This document shows, one piece after another, positions 29,860 to 40,689 of a DNA stretch of 64,000 bases. Source of the DNA: an uncultured Chthonomonadaceae bacterium (GTDB taxonomy: Bacteria > Armatimonadota > Chthonomonadetes > Chthonomonadales > Chthonomonadaceae); assembly GCA_963835065.1 (NCBI GenBank), contig CAWIEK010000053.1, positions 508,595-572,594 on the forward strand. The letters are read 5' to 3'. The translations under genes were made by a program, and so were the position numbers. The notes under the pieces are model-generated. The model saw only the letters and a list, made by a program, of their open reading frames with translations. It ran no database searches and had not been told where the DNA came from. Positions within the stretch are counted from its first letter, which is position 1. Each line of letters starts with the position of its first letter.

Positions 29860-31929
29860 ATGTCTGATACTCCCGATGGCTTTACAACTCGCCTGCCTGC
29901 CGTGCTGTATGGCGGGGATTACAACCCGGAGCAGTGGCCGCGCGAGATTTGGGATGAGGATATGCGCCTGATGCGATTGGCGCATGTCAATATCGTTTCC
30001 ACGCCGATTTTTGGGTGGGTCAGCCTGCAGCCGGACGAGGACACGTTTACATTTGAATGGCTGGACGACATTCTGGACCGCATGGCGAAGAACGGCGTAT
30101 CGGCCTGCCTTGCCACCGCAACCGCCGCCCAACCCGCCTGGCTCGACCAAAAATACCCCGATGTTCTGGTCGTGGATGAAAACGGCAATCGGCGCAGGCA
30201 TGGCAACCGGCACAGTTTTTGTCCCAATTCGCCCAACTTTCGCCGTCTGTCTACCGGACTGGCGCGGCGCATTGCCGAGCGCTACAAAAACCATCCCGCC
30301 CTGCTGCTGTGGCACGTCGGCAACGAGTACGGCACGTACTGCTACTGCGAACAGTGCGCGTCGGCGTTTCGCAATTGGCTGCGCGTTCGGTATGGCAGTC
30401 TGGACGAACTGAACCGGCGTTGGGTGACGGCATTTTGGAGCCACACGTATACGGATTGGGCGCAGATCGAGCCGCCGTTTGCCAATGGCGAACGCAGTAT
30501 GCAGGCTTTGCGTTTGGATTACCACCGCTTTCAGTCCGACAGCCTGTTGGGATGCTTCAAGGCCGAGGCCGATGTGCTGCGCGAGGTGACGCCGGGTGTG
30601 CCGGTTACGACGAACCTGATGGGCGCGTTTTATCCGCTCAATTATCGCCGGTGGGCGCAGGAAATGGACGTGGTTTCGTGGGACAATTACCCGCGCCCCG
30701 AAGAACCGATTGCCAATGTCGCCTTTAACCATGCCCTGATGCGCGGCTTGAAAGAAGGCCAGCCGTTTCTGCTGATGGAGCAAAGCCCCTCGCAGCAGAA
30801 CTGGATGCCGTACAACGCGCTGAAGCCGCCGGGAGCCTTGCGGGTGCAGTCGTATCAGGCGATGGCGCAGGGGGCCGACAGCGTGATGTATTTCCAGTGG
30901 CGGCGTTCGCGGGGGAGCATCGAAAAGCTGCACGGCGCGATTGTGGAGCATAGCGGCAGCCCCAATAACCGGGTGTTCCGCGAGGTGGCGGAAATCGGAC
31001 GGGAATTGAAAAGCCTGGGCAGCCGGACATTGGGCGGGCGCGTTCCCGCTCGCGTGGCCGTGCTGTTCGATTGGGAGAACTGGTGGGCGCTGCGCTTTTC
31101 CAGCGGGCCAAGCGTGGATTTGGATTACGTGAAAGTGTGCCGCGCCTATTACGCCGCGCTACACAATCTGGGCGTACAAACCGATATTGTCGCGCCGGAC
31201 GCCGATTTGTCCCGCTACGAGGTGATTGTCGCGCCCCTGCTGTATTTGCTGCGCCCGGAACATGCCGCGCAGATTGAACATCGCGTCCATGCCGGAGCCA
31301 CGTTCCTCACGACGTTCTTCAGCGGCCTTGTGGACGAAAACGATCTTGTGCATGAGGGCGGCAGTCCCGGCCCGCTGCGCCGTCTGCTCGGCCTGAGCGT
31401 GGAGGAAACGGACGCCCTGCCGACTGCGAAAACCAACGGCCTGCGCCTGACGCAAACTTTCGGCAAACTGGAAACCGATACCGTGTACGCTTCCGGGCTG
31501 CTGTGTGACCGCCTGCGCATGGAAGGCGCGGAAACGCTCGGCGTGTATACGGACGATTTTTATGCGGGCGAGCCGGCCTTGACGCGCAATCGGGCCGGGC
31601 AGGGGCAGGCGTACTTTCTGGCGACGCATCTGGAAGAAGCCGGGTTACGCGCTATTTTGCAGGCAATTTGCGCGGAGCATAACATCGTTTCCCCACTTGC
31701 TGACGGCGCAATCCCGCCGCCGGATGTGGAAGTGACGCAGCGCAAAACGGGCGACGAACCCGCCCTGCTGTACCTGCTCAACCACGCGCCCGCGCCCGCA
31801 GAAGTGACGCTCGCAAGCGGCCACTACACGGATTTGCTGTCGGGCGAAACCTTTACGGAAACCGTGACGCTGCCCGGACGCGCCGTTCGTATTCTGGCGG
31901 CAACACCCTTAGAGTCCGTAAATCTATAA
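29860..31929 (+). CDS. Beta-galactosidase, GH42
   Basis: YGGDYNPEQW, WHVGNEYG, SWDNYP, LMEQSP, YFQWR, EKLHGA. Confidence 0.95.
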   Translation: MSDTPDGFTTRLPAVLYGGDYNPEQWPREIWDEDMRLMRLAHVNIVSTPIFGWVSLQPDEDTFTFEWLDDILDRMAKNGVSACLATATAAQPAWLDQKYPDVLVVDENGNRRRHGNRHSFCPNSPNFRRLSTGLARRIAERYKNHPALLLWHVGNEYGTYCYCEQCASAFRNWLRVRYGSLDELNRRWVTAFWSHTYTDWAQIEPPFANGERSMQALRLDYHRFQSDSLLGCFKAEADVLREVTPGVPVTTNLMGAFYPLNYRRWAQEMDVVSWDNYPRPEEPIANVAFNHALMRGLKEGQPFLLMEQSPSQQNWMPYNALKPPGALRVQSYQAMAQGADSVMYFQWRRSRGSIEKLHGAIVEHSGSPNNRVFREVAEIGRELKSLGSRTLGGRVPARVAVLFDWENWWALRFSSGPSVDLDYVKVCRAYYAALHNLGVQTDIVAPDADLSRYEVIVAPLLYLLRPEHAAQIEHRVHAGATFLTTFFSGLVDENDLVHEGGSPGPLRRLLGLSVEETDALPTAKTNGLRLTQTFGKLETDTVYASGLLCDRLRMEGAETLGVYTDDFYAGEPALTRNRAGQGQAYFLATHLEEAGLRAILQAICAEHNIVSPLADGAIPPPDVEVTQRKTGDEPALLYLLNHAPAPAEVTLASGHYTDLLSGETFTETVTLPGRAVRILAATPLESVNL

Positions 31930-31977
31930 CTTCTTGCTTTTTTCAGTATCTCCTGTTTCTTATGTCGAAACGTTCGC

Positions 31978-32015
31978 CGGTGAAAAGTTCAAGCGGTGTT
32001 ACAGCAAAGTGCAGC
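31978..32015 (+). repeat. Imperfect direct repeat, left of the RHS cassette
   Basis: CGGTGAAAAGTTCAAGCGGTGTTACAGCAAAGTGCAGC. Confidence 0.8.
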
Positions 32016-32040
32016 CGACAGCACAGGCTCCTGATACGAC

Positions 32041-32070
32041 AACAACCTGCTCGATAATGAGCAGGTTGTT
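32041..32070. terminator. Hairpin between convergent genes, putative terminator
   Basis: AACAACCTGCTC-GATAAT-GAGCAGGTTGTT. Confidence 0.65.
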
Positions 32071-32107
32071 GGTTCAAGGCTTGCCCGTAGAGTGAGAAAG
32101 CGCCGGT

Positions 32108-32818
32108 TCACTTGGCAAAGGGAGCGTCCGTGAGCTTGGCATCTTTGGGCGGCGTGAAAACGAATAGGGACGCCGGCAGCGTTTTGTTGATCTGGATGTT
32201 GGTAATGAGGGTGTCGGAATTGGTTACTTCGCCCTGCTTTGTTTTGGAATATGAGACAATCCGGCGCAGCAGCTTGTCGGGGCCGATGTAAAGCTGACGC
32301 TTATTCACCACCGGATGCGACACGTCAACTTCAATGACTTGGCAGGCCACGCCGCCAACGCTGCGGGTTCCAAGATAGCGCGTGGTGAAGGTAAACACGC
32401 CCATCGGGCCTTTGGAGAGACTGTCGGGCATGAAGAACATCGTACCGACTATATTGGAGGAAAGCGCCAGGAGGGGAAGAGAAGAAGCCTCTTTAGTATA
32501 CTGGTTGACCTCTTTGTCGTACACCCACAGGGTTTCCCCATCCGAGTAAACAGAGGTCACGAAAGCGGAGCCGCTGACGTACTTTCCGGTGGTAATCACA
32601 ACCGCCTGACCGGGTTTTTGCAGTTTGTAGGTTATCGTCTGCTGGTTTAAGTCCTTGCCAGCCCCAACATTCGTGACTGATTGCGCGGTGAGCGTTTGCG
32701 CCGACCGGTAAGCCTCTTTCATGTCTTTGAGCAGCGTGTCCGCCTTTTGATCCGCCTGCGCAGTGGCACAACAGCAGCAGAGACTTCCTATCAGGCACAA
32801 AGCCGAGTGAGTTTTCAT
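32108..32818 (-). CDS. Secreted LolA-fold (DUF2092-like) protein
   Basis: Signal peptide; LQKPG, SDGETLWVYD...NQY, LYIGPDKLLRR, FVFTPPKDA. Confidence 0.8.
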   Translation of the reverse strand: MKTHSALCLIGSLCCCCATAQADQKADTLLKDMKEAYRSAQTLTAQSVTNVGAGKDLNQQTITYKLQKPGQAVVITTGKYVSGSAFVTSVYSDGETLWVYDKEVNQYTKEASSLPLLALSSNIVGTMFFMPDSLSKGPMGVFTFTTRYLGTRSVGGVACQVIEVDVSHPVVNKRQLYIGPDKLLRRIVSYSKTKQGEVTNSDTLITNIQINKTLPASLFVFTPPKDAKLTDAPFAK

Positions 32819-33001
32819 TGTCTAACCTCCGTAAGCATCCGCTAAACTGCTTACACGCCTGATTCTACAATAAGTATGCTTACATAAACATGTACGCAGG
32901 CATGTAAGCAGAAAAAATGGAATGAGAGAAAGGGTTGTGAGGCAACAGCAAATTTCCTGGTTTTCACAACCCATAGCCAATCAACGACGTTTCTTCAAGG
33001 T

Positions 33002-36000
33002 TCAGGTCGTCGCAGTGGAAGCAAAAGGACGAGGAAGTTCAGGAATGGGCTTCGGGGTCGGTTTGGGTAAACTTTCCACACAAGCTTCTTTACAGAGTTC
33101 CAGAGACTTAGCGCAAGAAGGTTTTTTCTCGCATTCTTCTTTGAACGCCTCGTAGAGGTTGCGGAGACAGGCGTACCATCGTGGTGAGCGTTGAGGTGCC
33201 GCATGTAAATCACATTCACGCAACCACAGAACTGCGCCAATGAAGAAAGTGGCGATACAGGCGATACAGCCTAGTTTGAAGATAGGTTCTAAGGGATTAA
33301 AAGGCCCACCGCTTCCTGGTATTCCAATGCGTCCGTTCATAAACAGCAGGCCGTCTTCGGTTGTTGTGCCGTATTGCCACCAACCGGCAGCGTTGCCGGT
33401 GGTATATTGCTGTACTCCGAAAGCGTCATAGACGTTGCTGCCGGTAATCTGAGCAGCATTATTGGAGACGACAGGAAAGGAATTGAATATATCGGCATGG
33501 TAGTAATCGCCATTCCGACGAATGATCCGATTGCTACATCCACTGCCCCCTTTCAAGTATAAGGCGCTTGTTGTCCATGTGCTGCCTGTGAGGTCGCTTG
33601 TTTGCTCCACGAGTTCACCGGCATTGCAGGCGACGCCACACGGATACCATGTCCATACGTTGTTGGCATAATCCTTGCGCCACCGTCTGCCTCCATCCGC
33701 CGCATAACCGTAGTCGTAAGCGGTTGTTATCGTGCCACTGGTGTTGTGCTGGATGCGGGTGAGATGCTGCTCCTCATCATACTGGAACAGCTTCGTGTAC
33801 CCGCTTCCCGGCGCGCTTGCCAATGTGCCGTCGTTGTTCCAAGTGTACAGTTCCGTCAAGCCCGTTGCGCTGTCCACCACTTGCGTCAACCTTCCGGCTC
33901 CGTCGTAGGTGTACGCGCCGTTGTGAACGGTGACGCCGTTGGTCACGACAACAGCCGTCTTGCGCCGGTTGCTGTTGTCATACGTGTACGTGCCACTGTA
34001 GGGCTTTGTGCCCGTCCTGACTTCGCTGAGGAGGTTGTTGGCACTGTCATAGCGTGAACGTGGTCACATCCCCGCTTGGCTGCTCCGTAATGCTGGTCAG
34101 CCGGTTGGCGTTGTCATACGTGGCGGCATAGCTTACCAGAACCGTGTTTGTTGCCACCACTTTGTGGCTGAGGCTTGTCAGGCGGTTTGCGCCATCGTAG
34201 CCATAGGTGGTCTGTGTGCCGTTGGGGTACGTAACCGTAGTGACAAGCCCATCCACGTTGTAGGCGTAGTCGGCATGGGCGTTGTCCCCTCCATCCAATA
34301 CAGACGCGAGTTGGTAGAGGCTGTTGAGGGTGTTCGTCACTTGCCGGCTGCTCACATCGGTTTGCGTGAGCAGATTGCCCAATGGATCATACGTGGCAGA
34401 AGTGTTGCCGCGTGGATCGGTCATGCTCGTTCGCTGACCGAGCGTGTTGTAGCCGTAGGTGCGAATACCCGTCACATCGCTGCTCTGCGTGAGTTGCCCT
34501 GCCGGATTGTACACGAAGCCAAGACCGGTGTTGCCGCTCGTGGGGTACGCTACTGCCGTTGTTCTTCCCCAATCATCAAGGGTGTAGTTGGTGACGCGGC
34601 TGAGAGCATCGGTGCGCTGCGTTGTCTGTCCCACGCTGTTGTTGACCCACGACGTGACATGGCTCAGAGGATCAGTGGAACTGTTGGGGAAGCCGTTCGT
34701 GTCGTAGCCGGTCAGCCACATCCGGCTTTCTCCATCCGTGAGGCTGGTTTGCTGTCCAAGCGTGTTGACGCCGTAGCTGGTGGTATGCCCGTTCGCGTCC
34801 TGAACGCTGGTCAGGTTGCCATGCGTGTCATAGCCGTAGCTCGTCATGGTGGCTGAGAGGATCGGTGCTGGTGAGCAGTCTGCCGCTTGGCCCGTCTACC
34901 GTCTTGACCGTCTGGTGTCCAAGCGGGTCTTGGGACACGAGTTCGTTGCCATAGTTGTCGAAGGTGGAGTTGAACGTTTTGCCGGAAGGGAGTTGGGTTG
35001 CCGTGCGGTTGTGGCTGTTGTCATAGGTGAATACGGTCAGGTTGCTATTCGCGTCCATGACGCCCACCACGCGGTTCAAGTTATCCAGTCCGTACTGCGT
35101 GATGTTGCCGTTGGCGTCGTGCCAGTGCTTCAAGGTCGTGCACGTTGGCAGGCCAGGGCGAACCATCCGCAGGCGCAGAGGCGAGATGCGGGTAGCCGCC
35201 ATTGTTGCCGCCGGGCAAACGTGGTGCTGCTCAACACGTTGCCGCTATAGCCATAGCCCCATGTCCGTCCAAGACGATCTGCAAGGGAGGCAACGTTGTT
35301 GTTGCTGTCGTAGGTCATCTGCTGATTGTACGTCTGCCCGGACAAAGCAGGTGTGGTGAGGCTGGTCAGTTTGCCGCTGGTATAGCCAAGCGTGTAGGTT
35401 TTGCTCTGGCAGTCCGTCACGGTTGTCAACTGCCCGCTCGTGTAGCCAAGCGTCAGGGTGCGGCTGGCGGCATCCGTCACGGTTGTCAGCAAGCCGCCTG
35501 TGTACGTCAAGGTGGTTGTCAAGCCGTTGGTGTCTACGATGCTGCTCAACACGCCCGCAGACGTGAAGTTGAGCTTTAACACCGCCCTTGCGGGTCAGCG
35601 TCCATGTGCCGCCGCCATTTTGAACAAGGCTGTCATAGCACCCGGCAGGCGGCGTGTACGTGGTTCCACTCACCGGAGTAAGCGGTTTCGGTTCCATCCC
35701 CTTCCACAAGCACGACAGGAGACGTGCCGGTGAGAAAGACGTTGTAGCTGTGCGTCCACTTGGCTCCAAGCACACTGTTGCGCGTACTCTGGCTGTTGAA
35801 GACGAGGGCTGAAAGCGATACCGCCACCAAGCCCACCCCAGCCACACACGGGCAAACTCAACTGCGTGTTGTTGGTACTCAGGCAGGAGTTGCCGCCATA
35901 AATGCCGATACTCGCCTGCCACGCCTTGGGAGAACCCGGGCGTACCGGAAGCGCCGCCTGCCCCCTCCGCCGCCAAGCTGCGCGTCGGAAGAAGCAGGCA

Positions 36001-36178
36001 GCAGCGTGGACGACGGCAAGTCCGGTTCCGAGGGACGCCAGCCCTTTCAGGAACGAGCGGCGCGAAGCATTGACTTCCGAGTTGTCAGCCGTTCCCGAAG
36101 CGGCGTCCGCAGAAGAAGAAATTTCGGGGGGGTACTTTTGTCTACGTGTTCAGTGTTGATAGGTTTCTTACGAGGCAT
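33002..36178 (-). pseudogene. RHS/YD-repeat protein split by several frameshifts, Cys-rich C-terminal tip
   Basis: YD repeats in successive frames (TSYGYDTHGNLTSVQD, TTYGYDGANRLTS, YTYDGAGRLTQ); LGAKWTHSY N-terminal RHS motif; YDAFG core motif. Confidence 0.85.
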
Positions 36179-36626
36179 CTGAAAAGTATCCTTTCGCCTG
36201 TTCTGCGGCAACATGCAGTGATTTGCAGCAAAACAGGCGGGCGCACAGATAGAGGCATTTGAACCGCTATCTGACATTGACAACGCCGAAGAATACTGTG
36301 CATACTGTTGTGCAGAGTCCTTCGGGGCTTGCGCCGCTCGCGTCCTCTTTCTCGGCCAAGAGTTAAGGGAGGGCGCGCGCGGCAGTTTCGATGTCTGCTC
36401 CAAAATGGGCGCTGTCTCTGACGCAAACAGGAGAAAACGAGAAGAGACAGCCGTTGAAAGGGAAACAATAGGAAAAAAATGTTGGCTTGGGAGGAGCGCG
36501 TCATCTTTTAGCATTTTATCAAATATCAGGAAAATCGTAAATACGTGAAGAAGTTAGGATTTCTCCTATTTTTAACAGGTTAGTTTATGAGAAAGGTAGG
36601 CGCAACGATCCCTGCCGGCGCGGCAG

Positions 36627-36663
36627 CGGCGAAAAGTTCAAGCCTGTTATGGCAAAGTGTAGC
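36627..36663 (+). repeat. Imperfect direct repeat, right of the RHS cassette
   Basis: CGGCGAAAAGTTCAAGCCTGTTATGGCAAAGTGTAGC. Confidence 0.8.
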
Positions 36664-36709
36664 TGCCCTCAACCAAGGTTAATCCTGTCTATTTGCATCG
36701 GAGGCGGAC

Positions 36710-37291
36710 GTGGCGCGCGGCTTGTTTATCAGTTTTGAGGGGGGCGAAGGGGTGGGCAAGACCACGCAGATCGCCTTGCTGCGTTCGGCATTGGAGCGGG
36801 ACGGCGCGAACGTTTGCGTGACGCGGGAACCGGGCGGCGATTCCGTGTCGGAAACCGTGCGGCATTTGCTGCTGACAACCGACATGACGCCCCGCGCCGA
36901 ACTGCTGCTGTTTTTGGCCTCGCGCGCCCAAAATGTCGAACACGTGATTCGCCCGCATCTGGAACAGGGCGGCATCGTGCTGTGCGACCGCTTTACCGAC
37001 AGCAGCCTGGCATATCAGGGCTGGGGGCGCGGCCTGGGACTGGAAGCCGTCGCGCAACTTAACGCTTTTGCCACCAACGGCCTGACTCCCGACCTGACTT
37101 TTCTCCTCGACCTCGACCCGGAACAGGGACTTTCCCGCCAAACCGACCACAACCGCATGGAAATGCAGGGATTGGCCTTTCATCAAAGGGCAAGGGAGGG
37201 TTTTCTGCATGTCGCGGCGAATGAACCTGCAAGAATCCTCGTATTGGATGCGTCCCTGCCCGCAGAGGAACTGCACGAGAGGATATTATGA
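36710..37291 (+). CDS. tmk: Thymidylate kinase (C-terminus possibly clipped by an indel)
   Basis: FISFEGGEGVGKTTQ, TREPGG, LCDRFTDSSLAYQG, PDLTFLLD. Confidence 0.95.
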   Translation: MARGLFISFEGGEGVGKTTQIALLRSALERDGANVCVTREPGGDSVSETVRHLLLTTDMTPRAELLLFLASRAQNVEHVIRPHLEQGGIVLCDRFTDSSLAYQGWGRGLGLEAVAQLNAFATNGLTPDLTFLLDLDPEQGLSRQTDHNRMEMQGLAFHQRAREGFLHVAANEPARILVLDASLPAEELHERIL

Positions 37292-37318
37292 ACGAGTGAG
37301 GAGTCGGATGGAAATTCT

Positions 37319-37648
37319 ATGAAACTGGTTATCACCGTCGTACACGAACGCGACAAAAACAAGATCACTGAAGCGCTGCTGCGGCATGGCTATAAATTTA
37401 CCAAAATCGGCAGTACGGGCGGCTTTTTGCGCGAGGGGAATGTCACGCTGCTGATCGGCGTGGAGGGCGACGACGCGCAGAAGGTGATAGACGTCATCAG
37501 CGACAGCTGCAAAACGCGCGAGCAGTTCGTCAACGTGCTTCCTCCCGACGCGGCTCCTACGGGCGGGTTCATGCCAAGTCCCGTCAAAGTACAGGTTGGC
37601 GGCGCGGTGTGTTTTGTGGTGGACGTGGAGCGGTTTGAACGATTTTAA
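37319..37648 (+). CDS. darA: Cyclic-di-AMP receptor, PII-like (DarA/PstA)
   Basis: TKIGSTGGFLREGNVTLLIG, VGGAVCFVVDVERF; directly after tmk. Confidence 0.9.
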   Translation: MKLVITVVHERDKNKITEALLRHGYKFTKIGSTGGFLREGNVTLLIGVEGDDAQKVIDVISDSCKTREQFVNVLPPDAAPTGGFMPSPVKVQVGGAVCFVVDVERFERF

Positions 37649-37721
37649 GCAAGTGAACTCTTTAGCGGCGCGTTAGGCGGCAACGACAAAGCGGATATGG
37701 AAAGCGGCGAGGAACCTGAAC

Positions 37722-38036
37722 ATGCGAAACTTGTGCAGCGCGATTGTGCGTACCTTCGGCTCGGCCTGGCCGACATTGGGCTGGATGCTATTTGTCGTGG
37801 CTCTGGTGCTTCCGCATATTCCGTTTTTCGGCGCAATCCTGTGGCCGTTCCTGCTTGGCGTCCGCATTGCGACGGGGTTCTGGTGGGTGATTGATCTGGT
37901 GGATCAGGAGTTTATCACCACGTATCTGGGCGGCGGCATCCTGCTGGTATTCCTGACGCTGGTGTGTCCGCCCAATAGCGGGCTGTTTATCGTCTGCTGG
38001 CTGGTTTACATGACGCGCGTTCGCCGTAGAAGTTGA
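37722..38036 (+). CDS. Small membrane protein
   Basis: 104-aa hydrophobic ORF with GAGG RBS. Confidence 0.6.
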   Translation: MRNLCSAIVRTFGSAWPTLGWMLFVVALVLPHIPFFGAILWPFLLGVRIATGFWWVIDLVDQEFITTYLGGGILLVFLTLVCPPNSGLFIVCWLVYMTRVRRRS

Positions 38037-38241
38037 TAGTTGATGGTTGATAGTTGATAGGGCATCCGCTCCTTCTGTCTTCTGTCTTCTTTTCTTCTTC
38101 CTTCCTGCTCACGCCGAACGAGGATAACTATTTCCCGATCTTTGCACACGCAACAACTTTCCTGCCGCGCTATGCGGCGACTTATACATCCTCGCAGTTC
38201 CCGGCGCGTGGGCGCGATGCTGCTATCGGGGCGGGCCTCTC

Positions 38242-38832
38242 ATGGAAGCGGGGCAGGACTTTCGCGTGAACAGTTCCTGCAAACGCTCCGGCCTGCCCCA
38301 CCCACGCATTGACACGCAGAAACCATTGCCCGGTTTTGTACAGCCCTTGCAGCCGTCGGACATTCGCGCGTTTCTGGCGCGGATTGACCCTGCCAATTCT
38401 TATGGCCTGCGCGTGATTCGATTGCGGCAGGAGTGCCTGCTGCACCGAAATGGAATTACGTTCGCGGAATACGTCATCCCCGGTGAAATCCATCTGTACG
38501 CGCTGCCGGCTTCGCCCTGGCATCTTCCCTTTGTGCCGTGCGCGTCTGACAGGGAAACCTTTGCGCGTCACGGCGGAATGGTCACGGTGGACACGGCGCG
38601 AAATGATACGACGGTAGTTTGGACGCGCGACAGCCTGCAATCCTTTTTGCTGTACGAAGTGTTGGCGCACGAACTCGGCCACCACGTCTTGCAGCACAAC
38701 AAAGGCAAGCGGCAAGCGCAAATCTGCCGCCGCGCCGACCATGAAGCCTGCGCCGACCTGCACAGCCGTCGAATGGGCAAGTTGAGAGTGGATGATTTGT
38801 CTGCTTTCGCGCAGCGTTGCGGAGGAACTTGA
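38242..38832 (+). CDS. Putative zincin-like metallopeptidase
   Basis: VLAHELGHH (HExxH) followed by HEACAD. Confidence 0.6.
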   Translation: MEAGQDFRVNSSCKRSGLPHPRIDTQKPLPGFVQPLQPSDIRAFLARIDPANSYGLRVIRLRQECLLHRNGITFAEYVIPGEIHLYALPASPWHLPFVPCASDRETFARHGGMVTVDTARNDTTVVWTRDSLQSFLLYEVLAHELGHHVLQHNKGKRQAQICRRADHEACADLHSRRMGKLRVDDLSAFAQRCGGT

Positions 38833-38869
38833 GGAAGTCGGATGGCACGACAAACCAGTTGGGAGGATA

Positions 38870-39994
38870 ATGAAACAACCTGTAGGCGGCGGTACGCCGT
38901 TCACGTTAATTGGCGAGGAGATTTCCGGGGAGTGGAACGCGCAGGCGCTTGCCGATGTTGCCCGCGCATTTGGCGGCGAGTACGCGCCCTATGTGGGACA
39001 TTCAAACGAACAAACGCGAACAAATGACGCGGCTGTTATTGACGATGCGTGTGTTTCCGACGGGGATTTGCTGAATAATTTCGACTGGCTGCTTGGTGTG
39101 GAAAATCGGCAGGACGCGCAGAATATCTATGCACTGAAGCCGCCTGTGCTGCAAAACCGGGCGCTGATAGTCGGCAACGAAGCCAAAGGTCTGCGGCGCA
39201 GGACGCTGAAACAAACCCAGGCCGTCGCGGAAATCCCGATGGTGTCGCAAAACATCAACTGCCTGAATGTGGCGGCAGCGGCGGCGATTATGCTGTATTA
39301 TTTAGGGGTGAACGAACAGCGCAATGCCCCGCTCGGACAATCGGCGCGAACGCTGAACGCCCTGCAAAACGCGCGTCCCGATGTGCTGCTGCTTGGCGGG
39401 CACGATCCTATGGAATTGGGCAGCGTGGTTCGCTCCGCCTGCGCGTTCGGTTGGGAGCGCGTGTTTCTGGATGACCGGCACAAGGCGTGGTACGCCTGCG
39501 ACCGCGTGATGAAGTCGGAAGGCCGGGGCGCGGCGCGAAGGGGGCGCAACCCTATCAAAGTAATCCCGTGTCCCGGCGACCTGCTTGCGCATTACAAGAC
39601 GATAGTTGTGGTAACGCGCGAACACGAAGCCGGCGTACCGCGCAATTCGGCAGGAACGCCGCCGCTTCATCAAATGCAACTGACAAAGCGACCTGACGGC
39701 CCGGTGTTGATCGTATTGCCGGATGAAAGCGCAAACGCGCAGGACTGGATGGACTGGATTCAAGCGGCGCGGGAACAGCATTGCGTTGTCCACGCCCATC
39801 TGCCTGCCATAGCCCCGGCACAGTACCATTATCGCCAATCCGCCTCTATCGCGCTTGCCGAAATCGCGCGGCAGTTGGGCAAAACAGACGGCAAAGGCAT
39901 TTACCTGCACACCAAAAAGCAAAGATATCAGAAGGCTTTAGAGGTTACAGATACGGCAGATTGGATTGAATTAGAGGATTTACGCATGTTTTGA
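38870..39994 (+). CDS. TrmH/SpoU-family RNA methyltransferase-like protein with two SPOUT-like domains
   Basis: IVGNEAKGL, EIPM...NCLNVAAAAAIMLY; second domain ELGSVVRSACAFG...ASIALAEIARQ. Confidence 0.75.
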   Translation: MKQPVGGGTPFTLIGEEISGEWNAQALADVARAFGGEYAPYVGHSNEQTRTNDAAVIDDACVSDGDLLNNFDWLLGVENRQDAQNIYALKPPVLQNRALIVGNEAKGLRRRTLKQTQAVAEIPMVSQNINCLNVAAAAAIMLYYLGVNEQRNAPLGQSARTLNALQNARPDVLLLGGHDPMELGSVVRSACAFGWERVFLDDRHKAWYACDRVMKSEGRGAARRGRNPIKVIPCPGDLLAHYKTIVVVTREHEAGVPRNSAGTPPLHQMQLTKRPDGPVLIVLPDESANAQDWMDWIQAAREQHCVVHAHLPAIAPAQYHYRQSASIALAEIARQLGKTDGKGIYLHTKKQRYQKALEVTDTADWIELEDLRMF

Positions 39995-40005
39995 GAGGAT
40001 AAATA

Positions 40006-40569
40006 ATGATACTTGTCATTGATAATTACGACAGTTTTACCTACAACCTGGTGCAATATCTGGGAGAACTTGGCGCAACTGTGGAAGTGCGGCGCAATGA
40101 CCGCATCACGCTGGACGAAATGGCCGATTTGAAGCCGGAGCGTATCCTGATTTCGCCCGGCCCGTGTACGCCCAATGAAGCGGGCGTCAGCGTTCCCTTG
40201 ATACAACGATTTGCGGGCGAAATTCCGATTTTCGGCGTGTGTCTGGGGCATCAAAGCATCGGCGCGGCGTTCGGCGGCGACGTGGTGCGCAATGACCGCA
40301 TCATGCACGGCAAAACGTCGCTGATTCAGCACGAAGGTAAGGGCGTATTTCGCGGCCTGCCGCAGCCGTTTGAAGCCACGCGCTACCATTCCCTCGTGAT
40401 CAAGCGCGACACCCTGCCGGCCTGCCTGGAAATCACGGCGGAAACGGCAGAAGGCGAAATTATGGGCGTCCGGCATCGCGAGTATGCCATCGAAGGCGTC
40501 CAGTTTCACCCCGAATCCGCCTTGACCACCAGCGGCAAAGACCTTCTGCGCAACTTCCTTCAAACCTAA
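40006..40569 (+). CDS. trpG: Anthranilate/aminodeoxychorismate synthase component II (TrpG/PabA)
   Basis: [36 protein letters not shown]. Confidence 0.93.
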   Translation: MILVIDNYDSFTYNLVQYLGELGATVEVRRNDRITLDEMADLKPERILISPGPCTPNEAGVSVPLIQRFAGEIPIFGVCLGHQSIGAAFGGDVVRNDRIMHGKTSLIQHEGKGVFRGLPQPFEATRYHSLVIKRDTLPACLEITAETAEGEIMGVRHREYAIEGVQFHPESALTTSGKDLLRNFLQT

Positions 40570-40606
40570 ATTGTAACTACTCAGGCACTTCTCGCAACGT
40601 GAGAAA

Positions 40607-40682
40607 AGCCCCTCACCCACAAAACGTATTTCCAAAGCGTAGCAGAAATACGTAACGTGGGGGAGGGGTTGGGGTGAGGGCT
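40607..40682. repeat. REP-like palindrome (CCCCTCACCC...GGGGTGAGGG); related arms at about 21029-21100 and 53557-53603
   Basis: GCCCCTCACCC / GGGGAGGGGTTGGGGTGAGGGC between convergent genes. Confidence 0.65.
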
Positions 40683-40689
40683 TGAATAG

